A program made the translations under genes and the position numbers. Shown here piece by piece: positions 46,325 to 57,200 of a stretch of DNA of 64,000 bases. Origin of the DNA: Eubacteriales bacterium. GTDB lineage: Bacteria; Bacillota; Clostridia; Oscillospirales; CAG-272. Position 1 is the stretch's first letter. Every line of letters starts with the position of its first letter. The notes under the pieces are model-generated. The model saw only the letters and a list, made by a program, of their open reading frames with translations, was not told the DNA's origin and did no database searches. The DNA lies in NCBI GenBank assembly GCA_045544195.1, contig JAZPYO010000034.1:18881-82880 (forward strand). Reading direction: 5' to 3'.

Positions 46325-47599
46325 TTATTTTATCTTTCTGCATTCAAGATAGAATCTCTTGTCATCAGCGTGCCCCATTGAAAATGTTTTTCTTGGCAAA
46401 GCGCCGTCTTTTATAACGGAGTAGAACAGCTCATCCTTACGCATACCGTCGAATATGAATCCGATGCTGTTTTCCTTTTTGGCAAGAGTGATAAGATTTT
46501 CAATGCCGTGAATGTAATCTATCTGACATTCGGGATGATTTTTGCTGAATTCAAACAGAAAATTCTGTATATCTCCGACGGGCAATGACGTTGCAGGATC
46601 GTTTATGTAAATCTTTCCACATGAGGATGACGTATAATAACTGTAAGTAAAAGCACCGTCAGATGTCTTTTCCGAAGATGCGTTTCCGACTTTCGCAAAT
46701 TCCTTTAACACAGTGTCGGGATCACAGTTAGTTATCAGTCTGTAAATAGGCTCAAATTCTATTGCTTCATCGTGAATGTTCACAAGCTCAACAAGAGCGT
46801 ACCGTGCAGGGCAGTCAATGCCGCACTCACCCGTTTCAGCCTTTATTTTCTCATAGCACGCCTTAGCGGTAGCTAATGAGTGATTTCCGTCGCCGACGGC
46901 AAATACAAGACAGCTTTCCTCGTTTATGCCGTACTTGCGGTTAAATGCATCAATGTCGGAAAGGGCCGATATTGCAGCATCAACTCTGTCTGTCTGCTCC
47001 TTGTCAAGAAACCATCCTGTTATATGGCCACCATTCTGCATAAGATCGAAATCGTATGCCATTTCCATCCCGCTTTTTGCGTCCTTCAACGGCTCTATAA
47101 CGGTTTTTTCACAATCGTCGCAGAAGAGCATAACGTGCGGAGATTCCACAGGGGCATTACAACGTATCCGTACTCTCGGAGGGATGCGCTCAAGAACAGT
47201 ACCCTCGGTTGCTCTGATAGCGGAAGCGGCACCCTTGCTGTAATCGTATGCTTCAAGGTCGATCATACCTATGATACCGTGACGTATCTTACCGTTTGAC
47301 GGCAGTACACGCTCAACGTATATCATAGAGCATTTTCTCTCAATGAAAAGATTTTTAATGTATTCTTCCATTGTTGTGGTGATGCTATTTATCTTTTCGT
47401 CTGTTGCATCTTCAAGATATACCTCGGGAAGAATGATGTTGTATGCCGAAAAATCGGGATCAGCATCATTTTTTGTTTTCTCCCAGTATTCAGGCTCCGA
47501 TGTGTACTGATCGCAGGCGATCACGGCAAATCTGTTCGGCGATACCTTGCTGCTGTCGGGCAGTAAAATGTCAGCGGGAAAGAAATAATTGTTTTTCAT
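46325..47599 (-). CDS. DUF1015 family protein
   Basis: 424 aa. The N-terminus FFPADILLPD...FAVIACDQYTSEPEYW and overall layout resemble the conserved DUF1015 family. GGAG RBS. Confidence 0.7.
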   Translation of the reverse strand: MKNNYFFPADILLPDSSKVSPNRFAVIACDQYTSEPEYWEKTKNDADPDFSAYNIILPEVYLEDATDEKINSITTTMEEYIKNLFIERKCSMIYVERVLPSNGKIRHGIIGMIDLEAYDYSKGAASAIRATEGTVLERIPPRVRIRCNAPVESPHVMLFCDDCEKTVIEPLKDAKSGMEMAYDFDLMQNGGHITGWFLDKEQTDRVDAAISALSDIDAFNRKYGINEESCLVFAVGDGNHSLATAKACYEKIKAETGECGIDCPARYALVELVNIHDEAIEFEPIYRLITNCDPDTVLKEFAKVGNASSEKTSDGAFTYSYYTSSSCGKIYINDPATSLPVGDIQNFLFEFSKNHPECQIDYIHGIENLITLAKKENSIGFIFDGMRKDELFYSVIKDGALPRKTFSMGHADDKRFYLECRKIK

Positions 47600-47622
47600 C
47601 TTATCTCCAAAATATTTTATTT

Positions 47623-47654
47623 TCAGCGGCTCACCGCTGAGCTTTGTTTATTTT
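47623..47654 (+). terminator. Plus-strand hairpin plus T-tract located beyond the 5' end of the minus-strand DUF1015 gene
   Basis: TCAGCGG-ctca-CCGCTGA followed by GCTTTGTTTATTTT. Confidence 0.4.
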
Positions 47655-47728
47655 ATCATAAAATGATCCATTGTGCAATATCTTTCAATGATTTTGATAA
47701 AAAAATGAGTCTTTTTTTCGATAATATA

Positions 47729-47757
47729 TTGATTTTTCTTATAAAACTTGCTATAAT
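47729..47757 (+). promoter_or_regulatory. Sigma-A-type promoter upstream of alaS
   Basis: TTGATT (47729-47734), 17-nt spacer, TGcTATAAT (-10 at 47752-47757). Confidence 0.5.
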
Positions 47758-47814
47758 ACAATTTGATATATAATAATGACATCCGAATATCGGGTGAAAG
47801 GAACGGTAAAGATC

Positions 47815-50451
47815 ATGGAATGGTTATCACTTAACGATATCAGAGAAAAATATCTGAAGTTTTATGAGTCAAAGGGGCATCTGCGTCACAAGAGCTTTCC
47901 TCTCGTACCGCAGGATGATAAATCCCTGCTTTTGATAAATGCGGGTATGGCTCCCCTGAAGAAGTATTTTACGGGCGAAAAGGAACCGCCCCGCCACAGA
48001 ATGACAACGTGCCAGAAATGCATCAGAACGCCCGATATAGAGCGTGTCGGCATAACAGCACGTCACGGCACTTATTTTGAAATGCTCGGAAACTTTTCTT
48101 TTGGAGATTATTTCAAGCACGAGGCTACTGCATGGGCTTGGGAATTCTGTACAAAGGAGCTTGAGCTGCCCGTTGACAGACTGTATGTCAGCATTTACGA
48201 AAATGATGATGAAGCATTTGATATATGGACAAAGGAGGTCGGCGTCGATCCCACTCACATTGTGCGTCTCGGTAAGGAGGATAACTTCTGGGAGATAGGA
48301 TCAGGCCCCTGCGGTCCTTGCTCTGAGCTTTATTTTGACAGAGGTATCGAGCACGGCTGCGGATCGCCCGACTGTGCTGTCGGATGCGACTGCGACCGAT
48401 TTGTTGAGTTCTGGAATCTCGTTTTCACTCAGTTTGAGGGTGACGGAAACGGCAATTATACCCCCCTTGCAAAGCCCAATATCGACACGGGCATGGGTCT
48501 TGAAAGAATAGCCTGCATAATGCAGAACGTAAACAATCTTTTTGAGGTCGATACGGTACAGAATATAATGAAGGCGATAATTGCAAAGGCGGGCATCGTT
48601 TATGGAAGCGATCCGCAGAGCGATATATCCCTGCGTGTTATCACGGACCATATAAGAAGCACGTGCTTTCTTATATGCGACGGTGTAGTTCCTTCAAATG
48701 AGGGCAGAGGATACGTTCTCCGCCGTTTGCTCAGAAGAGCCGCACGCCACGGAAAGCTCCTCGGTATAAAAGGAACATTCTTATCGCAGATCGTTCCCGT
48801 TGTGGCAAAGGAAAATCTTTCGGAGTATCCTGAGCTTACGGAAAAGCTCGATTATATTCAGAAGATCGTTTCCATAGAAGAAGAAAAATTCGCAAGGACG
48901 ATCGACAGCGGCATGGATATGCTTAACGATATGATAAAACGCGCAGTTGAGGGCGGAGAAAATACCCTTTCCGCGCAGGATGTATTCAAGCTCAACGATA
49001 CCTACGGATTCCCTCTTGATCTCACTCGTGAAATAGCCACTGAAAAGGGAATTAGCATCGATGAAGAGGGCTTCGCTGCTCTTATGAACGAGCAAAAGGA
49101 AAGAGCGAGACGCGCAAGAGCTGAGCTTGGTGATTTCAGCTGGAGCGACGATACGCTTGATTTTGCTTCAAGTGCAAAAAAGACAGAGTTTACCGGCTAT
49201 GATGAGCTTGAAAGCGATGCACAGGTGGTTGCTATCATTTCAGCAGACAATGAAACTATCGGATCTGTTACCGATGCTGAGGCTGTTGTGGTGCTTGATC
49301 GCACACCGTTTTACGGCGAAGGCGGCGGTCAGGTCGGCGACAGCGGTGTTATTAACGGTATTAATGCTGAAATAACAGTCAACGATACGAAAAAGACAAA
49401 CGGTATTTACCTGCACAGATGCTATATCAACGGCACTCTTACAGTAGGCGATAAGGTTACTGCTAAGGTAGATGGCGAAAGACGTGATGCTATACGCCGT
49501 AATCACTCAGCGGCACACTTGCTGCAGGGTGCTTTAAGAAAGGTTCTCGGAACTCATGTTGAGCAGGCAGGCTCATATGTTGATGCAGAAAGAGTGAGAT
49601 TTGACTTTTCACACTATACCGCTATGACTCAGGATGAGCTTTGCAGGGTCGAGCAGCTCGTAAATGAAGCTATTCTTTCCGGTACAACTGTTCAGACGGT
49701 CGAAACTGACGTTGAAACGGCTCGTTCTATGGGTGCTATGGCGTTGTTCGGCGAAAAGTACGGCGCTGTTGTAAGAGTTGTAAAGATGGGCGAGTATTCG
49801 ACAGAGCTTTGCGGCGGCACACACCTTGACAACACCGCAAAGGCGGGTCTGTTCAAGATCATCACTGAATCCTCTGTTGCATCGGGTGTTCGCAGAATAG
49901 AGGGAACAACGGGTAAAAACGTTCTTAAGCTCCTTGAAGAAAAGCAGACCCTTATTGCCAACTGCGCAAGAGAGCTTAAGGCTTCAAATCCAAATGAAAT
50001 AGATAAAAAGGCTGCATCCTTGCAGGCTGAGCTTAAAGAGGACAAGCACGAGATCGAGCGCTTGAACAACAAGATCGCTGCATCTCAGGCAGATGAGATA
50101 TTCAAAAATTCAAAAGCAGTCGGCGCATTTACCGTTATCACAGGTAAGACAGAGGGCGTTTCGGTTGACAGTATCCGCGCACTTTGCGATAAGATCAAAT
50201 CACAGACTCCAAATGTCGTTGCTGTTATAGCTGCAAATAACGACGGTAAATTGAATCTTGTGGCTTGCGCAGGCGCAGAGGCTGTAAAGGCTGGCGCACA
50301 CGCCGGTAATATTCTTAAAGAAATCAGCAAGATCGCAGGCGGCGGAGGCGGCGGCAGACCTGATAATGCAACATCGGGTGTCAAGCTCGCTGATAAGATC
50401 GATGATGCTTTGAATGAAGTATATAATATTTTGGAAAGGTCAGGTAACTGA
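47815..50451 (+). CDS. alaS: Alanine--tRNA ligase
   Basis: MEWLSLNDIREKYLKFYESKGH start; FTNAGM-like LINAGMAP; class II core; editing-domain HSAAHLL...CGGTH; C-terminal DHHA1 domain with a GGGGGRP loop. Confidence 0.95.
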   Translation: MEWLSLNDIREKYLKFYESKGHLRHKSFPLVPQDDKSLLLINAGMAPLKKYFTGEKEPPRHRMTTCQKCIRTPDIERVGITARHGTYFEMLGNFSFGDYFKHEATAWAWEFCTKELELPVDRLYVSIYENDDEAFDIWTKEVGVDPTHIVRLGKEDNFWEIGSGPCGPCSELYFDRGIEHGCGSPDCAVGCDCDRFVEFWNLVFTQFEGDGNGNYTPLAKPNIDTGMGLERIACIMQNVNNLFEVDTVQNIMKAIIAKAGIVYGSDPQSDISLRVITDHIRSTCFLICDGVVPSNEGRGYVLRRLLRRAARHGKLLGIKGTFLSQIVPVVAKENLSEYPELTEKLDYIQKIVSIEEEKFARTIDSGMDMLNDMIKRAVEGGENTLSAQDVFKLNDTYGFPLDLTREIATEKGISIDEEGFAALMNEQKERARRARAELGDFSWSDDTLDFASSAKKTEFTGYDELESDAQVVAIISADNETIGSVTDAEAVVVLDRTPFYGEGGGQVGDSGVINGINAEITVNDTKKTNGIYLHRCYINGTLTVGDKVTAKVDGERRDAIRRNHSAAHLLQGALRKVLGTHVEQAGSYVDAERVRFDFSHYTAMTQDELCRVEQLVNEAILSGTTVQTVETDVETARSMGAMALFGEKYGAVVRVVKMGEYSTELCGGTHLDNTAKAGLFKIITESSVASGVRRIEGTTGKNVLKLLEEKQTLIANCARELKASNPNEIDKKAASLQAELKEDKHEIERLNNKIAASQADEIFKNSKAVGAFTVITGKTEGVSVDSIRALCDKIKSQTPNVVAVIAANNDGKLNLVACAGAEAVKAGAHAGNILKEISKIAGGGGGGRPDNATSGVKLADKIDDALNEVYNILERSGN

Positions 50452-50452
50452 A

Positions 50453-50923
50453 ATGGCAGAAAAGAGCTCATTCTTTAAAGACTTTAAAGCATTTATCTCC
50501 AAGGGTAATATCGTTGATATGGCAACAGGTGTTATCGTCGGCGGTGCGTTTTCGAAAATCGTAACATCACTGGTAAATGACATAATAATGCCCCCTATAA
50601 GTGTCCTTATGGGTGAGGTGAATTTTGCTGATCTTAAGTACGTTCTCAAGGAAGAGGTGCTTAACGAGGCAGGCGAGGTAGCGGAAAAGGCTATTTCCAT
50701 CAACTACGGTAATTTCATTCAGCTCATTATTGACTTTTTGATAATGGCATTCTGTGTATTCCTTATGATACGTGTTATCGTAAAATCAAGAGCAAGACTT
50801 GAAGCGAAGAAGAAGGCGGAAGAAGAGGCAGCTGCGGCAGCTAAGGCGGCAGAGCCTGCTCCTATCCCTGAGGATATTCAGCTTCTCCGTGAGATCCGTG
50901 ATAGCTTGAAAGGTAAAAACTGA
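50453..50923 (+). CDS. mscL: Large-conductance mechanosensitive channel
   Basis: FKDFKAFISKGNIVDMATGVIVGGAFSKIVTSLVNDIIMPPI is the canonical MscL N-terminus. The start is trimmed to ATG 50453. Confidence 0.9.
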   Translation: MAEKSSFFKDFKAFISKGNIVDMATGVIVGGAFSKIVTSLVNDIIMPPISVLMGEVNFADLKYVLKEEVLNEAGEVAEKAISINYGNFIQLIIDFLIMAFCVFLMIRVIVKSRARLEAKKKAEEEAAAAAKAAEPAPIPEDIQLLREIRDSLKGKN

Positions 50924-50925
50924 TA

Positions 50926-51267
50926 ATGGCAGACTGTTTGTTTTGTAAAATAATCGCAGGTGAGATACCCTCGTCAAAGGTATATGAGGATGAGTTCTGC
51001 TATGCGTTCAAGGACATAAATCCCCAGGCTCCCGTACATATCCTCGTTATTCCTAAAAAGCATTTAGCATCGATCGATGAGATAGATTGCGAAAACAGCC
51101 TTTACGTAGCGAAGATATTTCAGGTGATACCGTCTATTGCAAAAAGTGCAGGTCTTGTAAACGGTTACCGCGTTGTATCGAATTGCGGTGACGATGCTTG
51201 CCAAAGCGTAAAGCATTTGCATTTTCACATTCTCGGCGGAAGACAGCTGAGCGGAGAAATGGCATAA
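50926..51267 (+). CDS. HIT-family (histidine triad) nucleotide hydrolase
   Basis: CLFCKIIAGEIPS and the histidine triad HLHFHILGG. 113 aa. Confidence 0.9.
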   Translation: MADCLFCKIIAGEIPSSKVYEDEFCYAFKDINPQAPVHILVIPKKHLASIDEIDCENSLYVAKIFQVIPSIAKSAGLVNGYRVVSNCGDDACQSVKHLHFHILGGRQLSGEMA

Positions 51268-51279
51268 AATAACGACAAT

Positions 51280-51323
51280 AAAAAACGCTTACATCATCTA
51301 CTGTATGATGTAAGCGTTTTTTT
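51280..51323. terminator. Bidirectional terminator between convergent genes
   Basis: AACGCTTACATCAT-ctactgt-ATGATGTAAGCGTT (14 bp), flanked by an A-run and a T7 run. Confidence 0.7.
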
Positions 51324-51337
51324 GCAGTCAATTACAT

Positions 51338-52336
51338 TTATTCTGCATTGTAGTCCGCTATGATCCTGTCGTATTCAGTTATAACGGCTCTGCGTCGGTC
51401 AACATACTCTTTAAAGCTGCTCAAACACTTTTCTTCACCGCTAAGCAGATTTTTAAACATTGCCTCGCTTTCCTTTTCCTTCTCAAGTATCTCGTAATGT
51501 ACCGTGTGCTGATTTCCGCAGTAATCTTCAAGATTTTCGAGAATCTCGTCTGCTGAAATTTCGATCTGGTGCGGCTTCAGCTCCTTCATTATAAGATAAT
51601 ACAAGCCGTCAACGCCTTCAAGCTTGTCAGTAATTCCGAGACTGATAAATTCAAACATACAACCGATAGCAGCAACATATCTGTAATTGGGATAAATATT
51701 CAGATCTTCATAGTAGCGTTCAAGGTGTGTCTGAGTGTTGTTAAGAAGATCTTCCAATGTATCTATATAGCCAAGCAGACGCTTTTTTTCAATTGCCTCG
51801 CGTTTTATGCGTTCTTCCTCGCGCTGATTGTATGAATTGTAATCGTTTAACCTGGCGTTATATACCCTCAATTCCTCTTTATAGTTGTCGTATTTCAAAT
51901 TATATTCCTGATCGGGATACCTTATACTCACAATAAAGAAGTCTATCATCATATATAACGGTATCAGAACCATTGTAATGCATATACCGCATAGCGCAAA
52001 TAAAAGTGTGGTTTCAATGATCTGATCCTGATATCCCATCGTGTACCTGACAATAGACACGATAAGACCCGCAAGCGCTCCGAGAACCAGACCGATCAGC
52101 AAACGCACGATTGGCTGATCTACAAAGTAGCTCCATTCAAAGTGCTTGTTCTTTGAACAGTCTTCCTTTTTGGGCTCTTCGGGCATTGTGGGCTTTTGAT
52201 ATGTGATCTTTGTAGTTTTGAATGATGATATATGAGTTTTTAATTTTGATATACAGCGCGAAACAAAGAAGCGTTCAAGCTCCATATCATACAGAACTTG
52301 CATACTTTTGTATAATTTACTTTCGTGCATTCTCAT
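51338..52336 (-). CDS. Hypothetical two-TM membrane protein with a coiled-coil cytoplasmic region
   Basis: 332-aa ORF with two hydrophobic helices (LLIGLVLGALAGLIVSIV and LLFALCGICITMVLIPLYMMIDFFIV), followed by a charged heptad-like region. No family recognised. Confidence 0.5.
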   Translation of the reverse strand: MRMHESKLYKSMQVLYDMELERFFVSRCISKLKTHISSFKTTKITYQKPTMPEEPKKEDCSKNKHFEWSYFVDQPIVRLLIGLVLGALAGLIVSIVRYTMGYQDQIIETTLLFALCGICITMVLIPLYMMIDFFIVSIRYPDQEYNLKYDNYKEELRVYNARLNDYNSYNQREEERIKREAIEKKRLLGYIDTLEDLLNNTQTHLERYYEDLNIYPNYRYVAAIGCMFEFISLGITDKLEGVDGLYYLIMKELKPHQIEISADEILENLEDYCGNQHTVHYEILEKEKESEAMFKNLLSGEEKCLSSFKEYVDRRRAVITEYDRIIADYNAE

Positions 52337-52544
52337 TCTTTTCCTTGAAAATCGTTAATTAGCTATAATAGAAATGATCATACTTCAACAGTATAATATC
52401 ACGGAATCGAGGTAAAGTCAAGCATTATTGAGATAATTTATACATAAAATAATTTTTTAAATCTAAAATAACATTAAAACATCACTATTTGAATAACAGA
52501 ATGTTGATCGCCTTCTTTTCTTCCTTGACGTTATAATCAAACGT

Positions 52545-54131
52545 ATGCAAGCATATGAATTAATGACAAATTATAAGGCGGTCTTTTGTGTGAATACAGT
52601 GAAGAGATTTTTTTTAAACGGTATGGTACTTACGCTGACATCTGTGTTTATGCGTCTTGTATCCGTGGTTTTTAATGTTTATATAACAAACAGAATAGGC
52701 TCTGCCGGAATGGGACTTTTTTCGCTTATTCTGTCTGTATACACTTTTGCAACGACACTTGCGACATCGGGAATATATCTTGCGTGTACAAGACTCGTAT
52801 CGCAGGAATTGGTACGCAATTCAGCGCAGGGTGTCAAAACGGCGATGAAAAAATGCATCGAATACAGTCTTTTCTTCGGTACGTTATCGTTCATGCTTTT
52901 ATTCTGCTTTTCAGAAAAAATAGCTTTACTCTGGCTGTGCGACATACGCGCATTACGATCTTTAAGATTGCTTGCCGTATCATTGCCTTTTTTTGCACTT
53001 TCCTCGGCGCTCAGCGGATATTTCTGTGCAGTAAGACGTGTCGTAAAAAATGCAATAACCAATATTCTTGAGCAGCTCATAAGGATATTTATTACCGTTA
53101 TGCTCCTTGTCAACACGACATGCAAAAATGTAGAGCAGGCGACAGTTGCCGTTGTTATCGGTATGTGCATATCCGAGCTACTTGCATTTTTTGTTTCGTT
53201 CATTCTTTTCATCGCTGATATGAGGAAAAACTGTAGCAGAATGCCGGAAAAAGCCTCATCGGGCATAACAATAAGACTTCTTAAAATGTCTGTTCCCGTA
53301 GCTTTGTCCGCATACATAAGATCGGCTTTGGTAACAGTCGAAAATCTTCTTATTCCGAAGGGGCTGGTGCGTTCGGGGGCGGGAACAGAGCAAGCCCTTT
53401 CATCTTACGGAGTAATATCTGGAATGGTATTTCCCGTAATATTTTTCCCGGTTGCATTTTTGTCTGCATTTTCCTCGTTGGTAGTCCCTGAAATAACACG
53501 CTATAAGGAAATGCAGCAGGGAAAACAAATAAATTATGTTGTCGGACGGATATTCAAGGTAACTGCCGTCTTTTCTGTGGGAATTGCGGGAATATTTATA
53601 TTCTTTTCCGATTCCCTCGGTCTTTTACTATACAACAGCGAGCAGGCAGGGCATTACATAAAAATATTTGCCGCACTGATACCCGTGATGTATATTGACA
53701 ATACAACAGACGCTGTACTTAAGGGCATGGGTGAGCAGATAAGCTCGATGCGGTATAACATAATTGATGCTTTGGTTTCGGTCTTGCTTGTGTATTTTCT
53801 TCTTCCGCCGCTCGGAATAAAGGGATATGTTGCCGTAATATACATAAGCGAAATGCTGAATGCTGCCTTGTCATTGCAAAGAATGCTCCGCATAACGAAA
53901 TTCAAAATAAAGCCGTTTTCGTGCATTGTCTCACCGTTACTCAGCATCATCGGTGCCACTTCTATCGTTAACATTGTAAATATCAACTATAAATTTGATG
54001 TTGTAAGCGTTACTGTCAATATCGTGCTGTGTATGATATTGTATTTTTCTTTTCTGTGTATGACGGGTGGGGTAACAAGCGAGGAGAAAATTTGGTTTTT
54101 GAACATATTTTCTTCAAAAAAGAAAGAATAA
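52545..54131 (+). CDS. MOP-superfamily flippase, SpoVB-like (lipid II / polysaccharide flippase)
   Basis: Multi-pass membrane protein. FLNGMVLTLTSVFMRLVSVVFNVYITNRIGSAGMGLFSL parallels the SpoVB/MurJ N-terminus. The true start may be GTG 52590, behind AAGGCGG. Confidence 0.7.
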   Translation: MQAYELMTNYKAVFCVNTVKRFFLNGMVLTLTSVFMRLVSVVFNVYITNRIGSAGMGLFSLILSVYTFATTLATSGIYLACTRLVSQELVRNSAQGVKTAMKKCIEYSLFFGTLSFMLLFCFSEKIALLWLCDIRALRSLRLLAVSLPFFALSSALSGYFCAVRRVVKNAITNILEQLIRIFITVMLLVNTTCKNVEQATVAVVIGMCISELLAFFVSFILFIADMRKNCSRMPEKASSGITIRLLKMSVPVALSAYIRSALVTVENLLIPKGLVRSGAGTEQALSSYGVISGMVFPVIFFPVAFLSAFSSLVVPEITRYKEMQQGKQINYVVGRIFKVTAVFSVGIAGIFIFFSDSLGLLLYNSEQAGHYIKIFAALIPVMYIDNTTDAVLKGMGEQISSMRYNIIDALVSVLLVYFLLPPLGIKGYVAVIYISEMLNAALSLQRMLRITKFKIKPFSCIVSPLLSIIGATSIVNIVNINYKFDVVSVTVNIVLCMILYFSFLCMTGGVTSEEKIWFLNIFSSKKKE

Positions 54132-54237
54132 TGATACTTTTTTTTTGAAATCTATTGCATTTTTTTATTATTCGTGATAGAATAAACCGAATATATTTTA
54201 TTATTATGCCGCATGCGGCTTTTACGGAGATATGATT

Positions 54238-57200
54238 ATGTACAACAAAGTACCGTCAAATCTTGATTTCCAATCAAGAGAAAAAGCAACGGAAAGATTT
54301 TGGAAAGAAAACAAAATTTTCGAAAAAAGCATTGATATAAGAGAGGGCGGAGAAAACTTCACCTTCTATGATGGTCCCCCTACTGCAAACGGTAAGCCAC
54401 ATATCGGTCACGTTCTTACGAGAGTTATCAAGGATATGATACCGAGATACAGAACGATGAAGGGCTATCACGTATTGCGTAAGGCGGGCTGGGACACTCA
54501 CGGCTTGCCCGTAGAGCTTGAGGTTGAAAAGCTCCTCGGCCTTGACGGCAAGGAGCAGGTCGAGCAGTACGGTCTTGAGCCTTTTATAAACAAATGCAAG
54601 GAAAGCGTTTGGAAGTACAAAGGTATGTGGGAGGATTTCTCCGGCACGGTAGGATACTGGGCTGATATGGATGATCCGTACGTTACCTACACAAACGATT
54701 ATATCGAATCTGTGTGGTGGTCGCTTAAGAAAATATACGATGACGGCCTGCTTTACAAGGGCTTTAAGATAGTTCCTTACTGCCCCAGATGCGGTACGCC
54801 CCTGTCATCTCACGAGGTTGCTCAGGGATATAAGGATGTTAAAGAAAAGTCGGCTATTGCAAAGTTCCGCATCAAAGGAGAAGAAAACGCATATTATCTT
54901 GCGTGGACTACTACTCCCTGGACGCTTCCTTCAAACGTAGCTCTTTGCGTAAATGCCAAGGAGGATTACGTTAAGGTATCCGCAAACGAAGAAGTATACG
55001 TTCTTGCACAGGCGCTTGCCGAAAAGATACTCGGTGAATATACCGTTATCGAAAAATATAAGGGTGCAGAGCTTGAGGGCAGAGAATACGAGCCTTTGTT
55101 CGATTTTGTAAAGCCTGAAGAAAAAGCGTTTTACATCACTTGTGCCGATTATGTAACTCTTACTGACGGTACAGGTATCGTTCATATTGCACCTGCATTC
55201 GGTGAAGATGATGCGCAGGTCGGAAGAAAATACGGTCTGCCCTTCGTTCAGCTTGTTGATGCAAAGGGCTGTATGACAGCAGAAACACCCTGGGCAGGCA
55301 CATTCTGTAAGGATGCTGATAAGGATGTTCTTTATGATCTGAAGGTAAGAGGTCTGCTCTTCAAAACGCTTCCGTTTGAGCACTCGTATCCATTCTGCTG
55401 GAGATGCGATACACCTTTGATCTACTATGCAAGAAACACCTGGTTCATAAGAATGACAGATGTTAAGGACAAGCTTCTTAAAAATAACGCTACTATCAAC
55501 TGGATGCCCGAAACGATAGGAACGGGCAGATTTGGCGAATGGCTCAAAAACGTTCAGGACTGGGGTATTTCCCGTGACAGATATTGGGGCACACCCTTGA
55601 ATATATGGGAATGCTCCTGCGGTCACAGACACAGCATCGGCAGTATTGCAGAGCTTAAGGAAATGTCAGATAACTGCCCTGATAATATCGAGCTTCACCG
55701 TCCGTACATTGATGATGTGACAATAAAATGTCCGCAGTGCGGCGGTGAAATGCACAGAGTAAAAGAGGTTATTGACTGCTGGTATGACTCTGGCGCTATG
55801 CCGTTTGCTCAGTGGCACTATCCTTTTGAAAACAAAGAGCTTTTCGATCAGAATTTCCCCGCTGATTTTATTTCTGAGGCTGTTGACCAGACAAGAGGAT
55901 GGTTCTATTCCTTGCTTGCCATCTCAACTCTCATATTTGATAAAGCTCCTTATAAAAACGTTATCGTTCTCGGTCACGTCCAGGACGAAAACGGTCAGAA
56001 GATGTCAAAATCAAAGGGCAATGCGGTTGACCCGTTTGATGCGCTTGAAAAGCACGGCGCTGATGCTATCAGGTGGTATTTCTACTCCAACAGTGCGCCT
56101 TGGCTCCCCAACCGCTTCCACTCTGCAGCGGTTACTGAAGGACAGCGTAAGTTTATGGGAACGCTGTGGAATACCTATGCATTCTTTGTGCTTTATGCAA
56201 ACATAGATAACTTTAATGCCGCAGATCATAAGCTCGATCATTCAAAGCTTACGGTCATGGATAAGTGGATACTTTCGAAGCTCAATTCGCTCGTAAATAC
56301 GGTTGACGGATATCTGTTCGATTATAAAATAACAGAGACCTCCAGAGTTATGGAAAAGTTCGTTGACGAGCTGTCAAACTGGTACGTTCGCCGTTGCCGC
56401 GAAAGATTCTGGGCGAAGGAGCTTACCGACGACAAGATAGCTGCGTATATGACATTGTATACGTGCCTTGTAACATTTGTTAAGCTCGCTTGTCCTCTTA
56501 TACCGTTCGTTACAGAGGATATATACAGAAATCTCGTAGCTCTCAATGATCCTTCCGCTCCCGAAAGCGTACATCTGTGCGACTATCCCGTAGCTGACAG
56601 CGCATTTATCGATCCCGAGCTTGAAAAGGAAATGGACGAGGCAGCCGATATTGTAGCACTCGGCCGTGCGTGCAGAAATGCCGCGGTTATAAAGAACCGT
56701 CAGCCTCTTGCTGAAATGTTCATTCACGCACCCAATAAGCTGAACGGCTATTATATTGATATAATTAAGGACGAGCTTAATGTGAAGAATGCATCGTTTG
56801 TTGACGATCTTTCCGCATTCACGACATTTACGTTCAAGCCACAGCTCAAGACATTGGGCAGAAAGCTCGGAAAGCTCATTAATGAGTGCAGAGAGGTGCT
56901 TTCTGCAATAGACGGAAATAAGGCTATGGCTGAGCTTGAGGCAACAGGCACGCTGAAGCTCATTCTTTCGGGTGAAGAATACACACTTGAAAGAGATGAT
57001 CTGCTTATTGATTCAGGTAAGGTTGAGGGCTTTGAGTCCATTTCCGATAAGGGCATTACAGTAGTTCTCAATACGGTGCTTGACGATGCACTTATCGAAG
57101 AAGGCTTCGTGCGTGAGATAATTTCCAAGATACAGACGATGCGCAAGGACGCAGGCTTCGAGGTGATGGACAACATTACAGTCAACGTCAGCGGAAGTGA

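Noticed and set aside
54208-54219. The GCCGCATGCGGC palindrome followed by TTTT just upstream of ileS as an attenuator or terminator.
   Set aside because: After allowing a minimal loop, only a 4-bp stem remains. It sits 7 nt from the RBS with no alternative-structure partner. This is too weak to call.
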